A stretch of DNA of 64,000 bases from a bacterium. Its GTDB lineage: Bacteria; SZUA-182; SZUA-191; JAJRXT01. A model generated the notes under the pieces. The model ran no database searches, was not told the DNA's origin, and saw nothing but the letters and a program-made list of their open reading frames with translations. This document shows, one piece after another, positions 54,090-62,082 of the stretch. A program made the position numbers and the translations under genes. The stretch spans positions 45,329 through 109,328 of the forward strand of contig JAJRXT010000100.1 of assembly GCA_024276125.1 (NCBI GenBank). The letters run 5' to 3'. Within the stretch, counting starts at the first letter, position 1; the number at the start of each line of letters is the position of its first letter.

Positions 54090-56051
54090 ATGAAAATAGG
54101 GGTCTTTATATGCCATTGCGGTAATAATATTGCCGCTACTGTAGATGTGGAAAAAGTCGCAGAATATGCCCTAAGCCTGCCCGAGGTGGTCTGTGCGGTT
54201 ACTATTGAACATGCCTGCTCCGAACCGGGTCAAAATATAATACGCCAGGCTATAGAGCAAAAAGGTCTTGACCGAGTGGTAATCGGCGCCTGTTCTCCGC
54301 GTATTCATGAAACCACCTTTCGCAAATTAGTGGCTGCCTCCGGTTTAAATCAGTATTTGCTGGAGATTGCCAATTTACGCGAGCAATGTTCCTGGGTGCA
54401 TGAAGATATAATATCTGCCACTATAAAAGCTAAAGAACTTATCGGCATGGCAGTAGCCAAAGTCACGCGTCAGCAAGCCTTAACTTCGGGTAAAGTAGGC
54501 GTTAATCAGCGTACCTTAGTCATCGGCGGAGGTATTGCCGGCATTCAGGCGGCGCTGGATATTGCCGAGGCCGGCTATGAGGTGGTATTAGTGGAGCGCA
54601 GCCCCAGTATCGGCGGTAATATGGCCAGAATGGATAAAGTTTTCCCCACTTTTGATTGTTCAGCTTGTATCTTATCGCCCAAAATGGTGGAAGCTGCCGG
54701 CCACCCCTTAATTACACTACAGACCTATTCGGAAATAGAATCCGTATCCGGTTTTATAGGGAATTTTACAGTTAATATAAGGCAGAAGGCGCGGCTTATT
54801 GATACCAAAAAATGTACCGGCTGCGGCGCCTGCACCCTAAAATGCCCGGTTAAGATTCCTTCGGAATTTAACCTGGGGCTAGATAAATGCGGGGCGGTAT
54901 ATATACCGTTTCCCCAGGCGGTTCCGCATATACCGGTTATAGATAAAGAGCATTGCAGGTATGTATTAAACGGCAAATGCGGTCTATGCCAGAAAATTTG
55001 TCCTACCGGCGCCATTGATTATGAGCAGGAAGATGAATTGCACGAGGAAGAATTCGGGGCTATTGTGGTTGCCACGGGTTACAAGCAGGTGGACTGGAAA
55101 CCTTATACGGAATATGGTCATGGTAAGTATCCCGATGTGATTACCAGCCTGCAATATGAAAGATTACTCTCAGCCTCAGGTCCTACCGGCGGGCGCTTAA
55201 AGTGTATCTCAGACGGCAGGGAGCCTGAAGTTGTGGCCATTATCGCTTGTGTGGGATCGCGGGATGAGCTTTTAGGCCGCCCGTACTGCTCAAGTGTATG
55301 TTGTATGTACAGCGCTAAATATGCTATACTAACCCATGAACACCTGCCTGATACTAAGGTATATATATTCTATATGGATATCAGGGCTACCGGTAAAATG
55401 TACGAGGAATTTGTACGCCGCGCTCAGGAAAAATATGACGCCCGCTATGTACGCGGGCGCGTATCCAAAATTTATAAGAAAGGCGGACGGCTGATATTAC
55501 AAGGCGTGGATACCATCTTGGGTCAGTCGGTGGAATTAGAGGCTGATCTGGTGGTATTAGCTGCCGGGATTACATCCTCTTCAGGCGCTATCAAATTGGC
55601 TAAAAAATTGAATATAACACATGATCAGTATGGTTTTTTTACGGAAAGTCATCCCAAGCTGCGACCGGTGGAGTCCAGTACGCCCGGTATTTTTATTGCC
55701 GGCGCCTGTCAGGCGCCTAAGGATATTCCTTTAACCGTGGCACAAGCCAGTAGCGCCGCCAGCAAGGTAGTAGCGCTGATTGGTCATGAAGAGCTGGAAA
55801 CCTCGCCCATGGTGGCTGAAGTAAATATGAGAAGGTGCGTAGGCTGTTTTCGCTGTCAGGAGGTCTGCCCCTTATCTGCTATCCAAGAGGAAACCCTGCG
55901 GGATGGAACTAAAGTAGCCAAGGTAAATGCAGCGGTATGCCAGGGTTGCGGCGTATGTAATGCCACCTGCCTGCCCGGGGCTATTTCATTAAAAGGCTTT
56001 ACGGACGATGAATTGTTGGCTGAAGTAAAAAGCTTATGCGATGTTAAGTGA
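54090..56051 (+). CDS. hdrA: heterodisulfide reductase subunit A (canonical length)
   Basis: 653 aa. FICHCGNNIA, GGGIAGIQAALD FAD motif and several 4Fe-4S CxxCxxC motifs. Paralog of the N- and C-terminal parts of 50292-53666. Confidence 0.85.
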   Translation: MKIGVFICHCGNNIAATVDVEKVAEYALSLPEVVCAVTIEHACSEPGQNIIRQAIEQKGLDRVVIGACSPRIHETTFRKLVAASGLNQYLLEIANLREQCSWVHEDIISATIKAKELIGMAVAKVTRQQALTSGKVGVNQRTLVIGGGIAGIQAALDIAEAGYEVVLVERSPSIGGNMARMDKVFPTFDCSACILSPKMVEAAGHPLITLQTYSEIESVSGFIGNFTVNIRQKARLIDTKKCTGCGACTLKCPVKIPSEFNLGLDKCGAVYIPFPQAVPHIPVIDKEHCRYVLNGKCGLCQKICPTGAIDYEQEDELHEEEFGAIVVATGYKQVDWKPYTEYGHGKYPDVITSLQYERLLSASGPTGGRLKCISDGREPEVVAIIACVGSRDELLGRPYCSSVCCMYSAKYAILTHEHLPDTKVYIFYMDIRATGKMYEEFVRRAQEKYDARYVRGRVSKIYKKGGRLILQGVDTILGQSVELEADLVVLAAGITSSSGAIKLAKKLNITHDQYGFFTESHPKLRPVESSTPGIFIAGACQAPKDIPLTVAQASSAASKVVALIGHEELETSPMVAEVNMRRCVGCFRCQEVCPLSAIQEETLRDGTKVAKVNAAVCQGCGVCNATCLPGAISLKGFTDDELLAEVKSLCDVK

Positions 56052-56062
56052 GGAACTGTCAC

Positions 56063-56149
56063 AAAATAAGTTGAGCATTTTAACGCTAAGATTTAGCTTA
56101 GATTCAGACGATTTGATAAAAGCAAAATTATCGAATTAGCGCTACTAGT
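56063..56149. repeat. Family-F ~90-bp repeat, copy 2
   Basis: Matches 47827-47917. Starts 12 nt after the hdrA2 stop. Confidence 0.8.
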
Positions 56150-56181
56150 ACATTGTTTCAATAAAATGTATACATTTCTTT

Positions 56182-56266
56182 TGTCATTCTTAAACGAAAT
56201 GAAGTGGAGTGAAGAATCTGTCTGCGTATGCGAGTAGATTCTTCGGCTTATCGCCTCAGAATGACA
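56182..56266 (-). repeat. Family-A nested palindrome, copy 21
   Basis: Termini and inner stem intact. Confidence 0.9.
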
Positions 56267-56308
56267 GCGTATGATAAGATTTCTAGCAAAGTTTAGGAGT
56301 GCGGTTTA

Positions 56309-56536
56309 ATGGCAAAAGATATAGTATCTGATATTCCTCCTGTTCTTTTAAATCAGTTGGATAAAATGATTAAGGATGGTCTTTATAAAACCAGAGTCGA
56401 AGCCATAAGGGAAGGGATAAGACTGCTTGTCCGAAAACGTGAAGTCAAGCGTTTAAGAGAAAAAATTAAAGAGATTAAACTTAATACCAAACACCTTCCA
56501 AATCTAAGCCAAGCAGTAGTAGAACAACATATATAG
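56309..56536 (+). CDS. ribbon-helix-helix (CopG-like) protein, probable antitoxin
   Basis: 75 aa. LDKMIKDGLYKTRVEAIREGIRLLV RHH pattern. Confidence 0.6.
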   Translation: MAKDIVSDIPPVLLNQLDKMIKDGLYKTRVEAIREGIRLLVRKREVKRLREKIKEIKLNTKHLPNLSQAVVEQHI

Positions 56537-56548
56537 GAGGTGGGTTTT

Positions 56549-56743
56549 ATGCCAATTCCAGCTATACAAGGGATTTGTCATAATGGCAAGATAGAAGCAT
56601 TAGAAGATATACCATATAAGGAAGAGAAAAAAGTTTTAATCATTTTTTTGGATGATACAGAAGATAAAGCATGGGATGAAGCGGTTGCCGAAGATTTTTT
56701 GAAAGGATATTCAAAAAACGATGCAGCCTATGACAAACTATAA
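56549..56743 (+). CDS. DUF104-like small antitoxin
   Basis: MPIPAIQGICHNGKIEALEDIPYKEEKKVLIIF. AGGAGG RBS upstream. Overlaps the mazF-like start. Confidence 0.5.
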   Translation: MPIPAIQGICHNGKIEALEDIPYKEEKKVLIIFLDDTEDKAWDEAVAEDFLKGYSKNDAAYDKL

Positions 56744-57056
56744 ACACGGGGATATATTATTGCTGAATTTCCCCTATAGCGAAGGGAATAGAAAAGCCAA
56801 AAGACCAGTATTAGTCTTAGCCCAAACAGACAAAGAAGATATTGTAGTGTCAAAAATAACCACTGCCGGACAAAGGGGTAATTATGATATTATTATAAAC
56901 GATTGGAACAAGGTCGGGTTGTTGTACCCCTCTGTCATAAGAATAGATAAACTGGCCACTCTGTCTAAATCCAGAGTTATCAAAAAATTAGGCTGCCTAA
57001 GTGACTCCTGTTCCCCCAAGGTAAAGCTTAAGCTAAAAAAATTGTTCAATTTATAG
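56721..57056 (+). CDS. MazF/PemK family toxin
   Basis: 111 aa. GDILLLNFPYSEGNRKAKRPVLVL...SVIRIDKLATL pattern. Confidence 0.7.
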   Translation: MQPMTNYKHGDILLLNFPYSEGNRKAKRPVLVLAQTDKEDIVVSKITTAGQRGNYDIIINDWNKVGLLYPSVIRIDKLATLSKSRVIKKLGCLSDSCSPKVKLKLKKLFNL

Positions 57057-57127
57057 TTGGCTTTTTAAGCGATATAGACTGGTGTAGTTTTTAATAATAC
57101 TAGAACAACAAGAAAAGTGGAGAAGCT

Positions 57128-57532
57128 ATGCAAAGCGAACCCCGTATTATAGGTTTTTTATGTAATTGGTGCTCTTATGCTGGCGCCGATATGGCCGGTA
57201 CCAGCCGGCTTAAGCAGCCGGCAAGCGTACGTATTATCCGCCTGCCGTGTACCGGCAGGATAAATCCGCTCTTACCGCTTAAAGCGCTGGTGGACGGAGC
57301 AGACGGCGTATTGATTTCCGGCTGTCACCCGGGTGACTGCCATTATCGCGAGGGCAATTTATACGCCAGACGCAGGCTGGAGCTGCTGCATCGTTTCCTG
57401 CCATTTGTGGGTATTGATCCCAAACGCCTGCGCTACGTCTGGGTTTCCGCATCAGAGGGACAGCGCTGGCAAGCTATTGTAGGCGAGTTTACCGAGCAAA
57501 TAAAAAAACTGGGAACTGCTAAAGCTCAATAA
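57128..57532 (+). CDS. mvhD: MvhD/FlxD-like [2Fe-2S] electron-transfer protein
   Basis: 134 aa. IIGFLCNWCSYAGADMAG...LPCTGR...ISGCHPGDCHY motifs. Confidence 0.85.
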   Translation: MQSEPRIIGFLCNWCSYAGADMAGTSRLKQPASVRIIRLPCTGRINPLLPLKALVDGADGVLISGCHPGDCHYREGNLYARRRLELLHRFLPFVGIDPKRLRYVWVSASEGQRWQAIVGEFTEQIKKLGTAKAQ

Positions 57533-57559
57533 TTTGGCTTTTTCAAGGAGATATAATAA

Positions 57560-58528
57560 GTGAAAGATATCCTGGCAGAACTTAAGAAAAAAGCAGCCGA
57601 AATTTTACCCGAAGTAAGCTATTTTATCTGCTATGGGAGCGGGTTTGACCTATTGCATAGCGCCCCTTTGTTTGTTAAAGATAAAGGCGATATAGACAGG
57701 CTGGTTTTAAACCGTTTTTGTATACATAATTTGACCAGCTATCTTCCGCCTCAAAAATGGCCGCCAGGCTGGCTGCTTGAGCCGGGAGAAAAGATTGGTC
57801 TGGTTCTTAAAGGGTGTGATTCCAGATCGGTTATTCATTTGCTTGCTGAAAAGGCAATTCTCCGCAGTCGCGTAATTATCATAGGACTGCCCTGCTGGGG
57901 AATGATTGATGTTAATAAATTGCGTAATAGAATTGATATTAACCGCATAAATCGTGTTGAACAGGACAAAGAAAGTATCATGCTCTTTACTGATGCTAAT
58001 GAAGTATCGGCTGATATTAAGGATATATTGTATGATAAGTGTATAAATTGTCAATATCCCAATACGCTGATTTCCGATCATTTTATCGGCGCAAAAAAAG
58101 AGCCGGACAAAGGTGTGCAGCCATTCGGCAAGGTACTGGAATTAGAGCGGATGAGTTTACTTGAGCGTTCTGCGTTCTGGGATAAGGAGTTTGCCCGCTG
58201 CATTCGCTGTAAGGCCTGCCGCAATGTTTGTCCGGTATGCTATTGTCAGAATAATTGCTTACTGGATACCAGAGTGCCTCATTGGATAAAAGAGCGGGTT
58301 GATGCAAACAGCAACCGCTGGTACCATCTTATTCGGGCGTTTCATCTGGCCGGACGCTGCACGGAATGCGGCGAATGCGCACGGGTTTGCCCTATGCGCA
58401 TACCGATTAATCTGTTAGCCATGAAAATGAACAGCGAGTTATTTGAGCTGTTTGGCTTCCGTTCGGGGATAGATGTGAATATAAAACCACCGCTTATGAC
58501 CTTTCAGTTGGAAGAAGACAAGTTGTAG
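57560..58528 (+). CDS. iron-sulfur protein, FlxC-like
   Basis: 322 aa, GTG start. CIRCKACRNVCPVCYC and CTECGECARVCP clusters. Confidence 0.6.
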   Translation: MKDILAELKKKAAEILPEVSYFICYGSGFDLLHSAPLFVKDKGDIDRLVLNRFCIHNLTSYLPPQKWPPGWLLEPGEKIGLVLKGCDSRSVIHLLAEKAILRSRVIIIGLPCWGMIDVNKLRNRIDINRINRVEQDKESIMLFTDANEVSADIKDILYDKCINCQYPNTLISDHFIGAKKEPDKGVQPFGKVLELERMSLLERSAFWDKEFARCIRCKACRNVCPVCYCQNNCLLDTRVPHWIKERVDANSNRWYHLIRAFHLAGRCTECGECARVCPMRIPINLLAMKMNSELFELFGFRSGIDVNIKPPLMTFQLEEDKL

Positions 58529-58564
58529 CGGCTCGGGGTCAGGGACGACTACCAGAACATAACC

Positions 58565-58648
58565 TGTCATTCTGAGGCCGGAGGCCGAAGAATCCGCTCG
58601 CATATGGGATTAGATTCTTCACGCCACTTCGTTTCGTTCAGAATGACA
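58565..58648 (+). repeat. Family-A nested palindrome, copy 22
   Basis: Termini and inner stem intact. Lies between flxC-like and flxB-like genes. Confidence 0.9.
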
Positions 58649-58720
58649 GCTATCTTAAGTCAACAACATCGGGGTCGTCTCTGACTTCGATGACCGGTAG
58701 ACTATATAGAGGATAAAGAT

Positions 58721-59761
58721 ATGCCGAAGGCTATAATGCAGGATAAATTAAATGATTGGCTGGATTCTATTGCCAGTAAATACCAGTTGTGGGCGCCTCA
58801 GGATAAAGACGGCGCTTGTCTGCTTTCTCCGTATACACCCGGAGCGCCGGTTAATCTTAAATGCAGGCCGCAGCTTTCAGCCAAAAAAGCGCTCTTTCCT
58901 CAAACTGAATGCCTGCTTAAATATCAGTATCATAAAGACAAAAGCAAGCCGGAGGAAACCGAGCTTAGCATAAGCGCCGCTAACCCCAACCAAAAAACAG
59001 TAATTTGGGGTATAGCGCCATGCGATGTATCCGGGATTTCTTTTTTTGAGAATGTATTTATCGGTGCGGGTTATCAGGACACTTATTTTAAAACCCGCCG
59101 CAGCAATACTCTGATTGCAGCTATAGCTTGCCAACATGCTGAGAGTACCTGCTTTTGCGAGGCTGTAGGAGGTTCTCCGGTAAGCGCGCCTGATGCTGAT
59201 CTGCTGCTTACCCGCATTGACCATGAATATGTTGTTGAGGCTCTTACTAACGAGGGCGCTACCCTGATAGACGAGGGTTTGTTTACTACAGTGGAAGAGG
59301 CCAAATTAAATGCTATGCAGCAAGTCAAGGAAGCCGCTTTAAGTAAGCTTTCAAAACCATTTGAATTAGGCAGTTTGCCGTCTGTGGCCGATAAATTTTT
59401 AAAGGCATTTGAATCGCCCTATTGGAAAGAGGCCACCGCCGCTTGTCTTAGCTGCGGTATCTGCACCTTTGTCTGTCCTACGTGTTATTGCTTTAATATT
59501 ACCGATGAGGCGCAAGGTATGCACGGGCAGCGGCTGCGCTGCTGGGATGCTTGTATGTTTTCTACTTACACCTTGGAGGCCAGCGGTCATAATCCGCGTA
59601 ATATAAAGTTTCAGCGCTATCGCAACAGACTGAGTCATAAATTCAGCTATCTCATTACCAATAATAATGTATTAGGCTGTACAGGCTGCGGTCGATGTAT
59701 TAAAGAATGCCCGGTGGGTATTGATTTGCGCTCTATAATAAGCCATATTTTAGCCGAATAG
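58721..59761 (+). CDS. 4Fe-4S dicluster protein, FlxB/AsrA-like
   Basis: 346 aa. CLSCGICTFVCPTCYC and CTGCGRCIKECP motifs. Confidence 0.65.
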   Translation: MPKAIMQDKLNDWLDSIASKYQLWAPQDKDGACLLSPYTPGAPVNLKCRPQLSAKKALFPQTECLLKYQYHKDKSKPEETELSISAANPNQKTVIWGIAPCDVSGISFFENVFIGAGYQDTYFKTRRSNTLIAAIACQHAESTCFCEAVGGSPVSAPDADLLLTRIDHEYVVEALTNEGATLIDEGLFTTVEEAKLNAMQQVKEAALSKLSKPFELGSLPSVADKFLKAFESPYWKEATAACLSCGICTFVCPTCYCFNITDEAQGMHGQRLRCWDACMFSTYTLEASGHNPRNIKFQRYRNRLSHKFSYLITNNNVLGCTGCGRCIKECPVGIDLRSIISHILAE

Positions 59762-59794
59762 ATTACTATATCTTTCTATAATAGGTTTTAAGGT

Positions 59795-59878
59795 TGTCAT
59801 TCTGAGGCTGGAAGCCGAAGAATCTCTCAGCCTACGCGAGCAGATTCTTCACTGCGTTTCGCTTTGTTCAGAATGACA
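59795..59878 (+). repeat. Family-A nested palindrome, copy 23
   Basis: Preceded by the TATCTTTCTATAATAGGTTTTA module. Confidence 0.9.
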
Positions 59879-59896
59879 ACTAGAAGGGGATGATAA

Positions 59897-60760
59897 ATGA
59901 TAACTAATGGCAAGAAATACGAAGGTCCCGGCGGGAATCCTTATATACCGATGCTGGCTACGGTAACAAAATTATATTCGGAAACGCCCAATATTAAATC
60001 CTTACATGTAGTTTTAGATGACAAAGAACAAATGAAACATGTTTCTTTTGAGCCGGGTCAAGTAGCGCAATTATCCTTATTTGGTTCAGGCGAGTCCACC
60101 TTTGTAATAAACTCTTCTCCTTTGGCAAAAGAACATTTACAATTTACTATCATGAAGACCGGAGAGGTAAGCGGCGCTTTTCACGACTTATCCGAAGGGG
60201 CAAAAATCGGTCTGCGCGGTCCATTGGGTAATTGGTTTCCTTATCAGCATATGGAAGGTAAAAATATTGTTCTGATTGCAGGCGGCTTGGGGCTTGCTCC
60301 CTTACGGCCTTTTATGTTTTATCTTTTGGCTAACAGACATAAATATAAAAACATTCAGCTTATTTATGGCGCCCGCAGTCCGGGTGATTTATGTTACAGC
60401 CAAGACTGGACAATTTGGAGGGAGCATGATAGCAAGGTAAAAATCACCTTAACTATTGATCGCGATGTACCCGGCTGGGAATACAAAGTGGGGTTTGTTC
60501 CTACTATAGTAAAAGAGGAAGCCCCGTCGGCAGAAAATACCATAGCGGTCACCTGCGGTCCGCCGATTATGATAAAATTTGTGCTGCAAGAGCTTGAAAA
60601 ATTGGGCTTTGCCCCTGAGCAGATTTATACCACTTTAGAGCGGCGGATGAAATGCGGGTTGGGCTTATGCGGACGCTGTAATATAGGCCCTAAATATGTC
60701 TGTATCGACGGACCGGTATTTTCACTTGCGGAATTAAAGGCTTTACCCAATGAGTTATGA
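59897..60760 (+). CDS. FAD/NAD(P)-binding oxidoreductase with C-terminal [2Fe-2S], FlxA/AsrB/PyrK-like
   Basis: 287 aa. Ferredoxin-reductase fold (LIAGGLGLAPL) and a C-terminal CGLGLCGRC...C cluster. Confidence 0.7.
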   Translation: MITNGKKYEGPGGNPYIPMLATVTKLYSETPNIKSLHVVLDDKEQMKHVSFEPGQVAQLSLFGSGESTFVINSSPLAKEHLQFTIMKTGEVSGAFHDLSEGAKIGLRGPLGNWFPYQHMEGKNIVLIAGGLGLAPLRPFMFYLLANRHKYKNIQLIYGARSPGDLCYSQDWTIWREHDSKVKITLTIDRDVPGWEYKVGFVPTIVKEEAPSAENTIAVTCGPPIMIKFVLQELEKLGFAPEQIYTTLERRMKCGLGLCGRCNIGPKYVCIDGPVFSLAELKALPNEL

Positions 60761-60894
60761 TACTCAGTTTATTTTATTTATACTGTATAAAAGGTCACGT
60801 CTCGTGAATTCGCAATAGTTTTTTTACCACAAAGAGTACAAAGGGTTTAACCTGATTTAAGCATTGTCGCATAATTAGCTATAATCTTTTTGGC

Positions 60895-60955
60895 GGGGTC
60901 AGATTAAGAAATCTGACCCCAAAGCTTAGTTGTCGGATTTTTAGAATCCGACAAC
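60895..60955. repeat. two adjacent perfect hairpins
   Basis: GGGGTCAGAT-TAAGAA-ATCTGACCCC (60895-60920) and GTTGTCGGATT-TTTAG-AATCCGACAAC (60929-60955). A related GACGTCAGAT...ATCTGACGTC is at 61356-61381. Confidence 0.7.
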
Positions 60956-61138
60956 ACAAATTATAGATATTTGTATAATTATGTTTAATTATCTCTTTAT
61001 GTTCCTGTATAGGAAATTATAAAATTTTGACAATCGTAACTATCAGAAATTATTAGGTAAAATTTGTATCAAAGTGTTGTGCATTTAGTTTTATCAGCTA
61101 GTTAGGTATAACTATCGGATTTTAAACGATAAATATTA

Positions 61139-61192
61139 ACCACAGAGATTCACAGAGGTTTTTTTGTTAATTCTCTGTGTACCTCTGTGGTT
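61139..61192. repeat. 54-bp inverted repeat built from CACAGAG units
   Basis: AACCACAGAGATTCACAGAGG-TTTTTTTG-TTAATTCTCTGTGTACCTCTGTGGTT. Confidence 0.65.
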
Positions 61193-61286
61193 AAATTATG
61201 TTTTTGTTCTTTTGAAAATCATTGTTTATGATCTCGTTAAGTATAATTTAACCTGAGTTCTATGTTTCTATAATAGGTTTTATAGC

Positions 61287-61312
61287 TGTCATTCTGAGGC
61301 CGTAGGCCGAAA
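61287..61312 (+). repeat. Family-A partial copy 24 (left arm only)
   Basis: TGTCATTCTGAGGCCGTAGGCCGAAA, after which similarity is lost. Confidence 0.75.
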
Positions 61313-61395
61313 CTTTTGTGACTGTAAGGATTCTAAAAATTCGACAGTCTGGCAGGCGTCAGATTTTTTGAATCTGACGTCACAAATAAACTTAT

Positions 61396-61463
61396 GTTTC
61401 GGTATGTCCCATGCCGAAACACCTAGCGGTGAGCATTGGTTTCGGGGTGAGACACCCTGAAAC
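61396..61463. repeat. Family-B hairpin doublet (B1)
   Basis: GTTTCGGTATGTCCCATGCCGAAAC, an 18-nt linker, then GTTTCGGGGTGAGACACCCTGAAAC. Confidence 0.85.
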
Positions 61464-61551
61464 ATAAACATAACAAGACACTTCAAAACATAAAAGGCAA
61501 ACTTTTGCTCAAATTAATTCCCGAATTATTCGGGTAAAGAGGTGATCCAAT

Positions 61552-61953
61552 ATGAAAACACGGGATATAATGACCAAAGATGTAGTAATGGTGGATGAGA
61601 ATGTCAGTGTAGCCAAGGCTATGAGTATTATGACAAAAAATAATGTTAGCAGTTTAATTGTAAATCGGACAAATGAAGATGATGCTTATGGTATTGTAAC
61701 CAGACGGGATGTAGTAAATAAAGTTGTATCTGAAGATAGTGACCCTCTAAAACTTAAAGTAGCCGATATAATGACCAAACCGGTGCTTACCATTTCACCG
61801 AATTTATCTATACAGCATGTGGCCAAGCTGATGGTACATACCGGCGTGCGTCGTATGCCGGTATTCGATGGACATAGAACTATAGGTATCGTATCAAATA
61901 GCGATATTTTCCGGGGTTTTTACCGATATTTGAATGATGAAGATGAGTTTTAA
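61552..61953 (+). CDS. CBS domain pair protein
   Basis: 133 aa with two CBS repeats (IMTKDVVMVDENVSV..., IMTKPVLTISPNLSI...). Confidence 0.75.
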   Translation: MKTRDIMTKDVVMVDENVSVAKAMSIMTKNNVSSLIVNRTNEDDAYGIVTRRDVVNKVVSEDSDPLKLKVADIMTKPVLTISPNLSIQHVAKLMVHTGVRRMPVFDGHRTIGIVSNSDIFRGFYRYLNDEDEF

Positions 61954-62082
61954 GTTAATCTCGAATAACCTCAAAAACAATCAAGGCTTACGTAAGCCAT
62001 AATATATCATATAGGGGGTAGGTTTTAAACCTACCCCCTCCTTGGGAAGGGACAAGTCCCAATGTTATTGATTTAAGGAAAT

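Noticed and set aside
56534-56551. In-frame stop between the RHH gene and the DUF104-like ORF (same frame), as a possible tenth interrupted gene
   Set aside because: The TAG is followed by a strong AGGAGG RBS and an ATG at 56549, and the two products belong to different small-protein families. This is an ordinary gene boundary.
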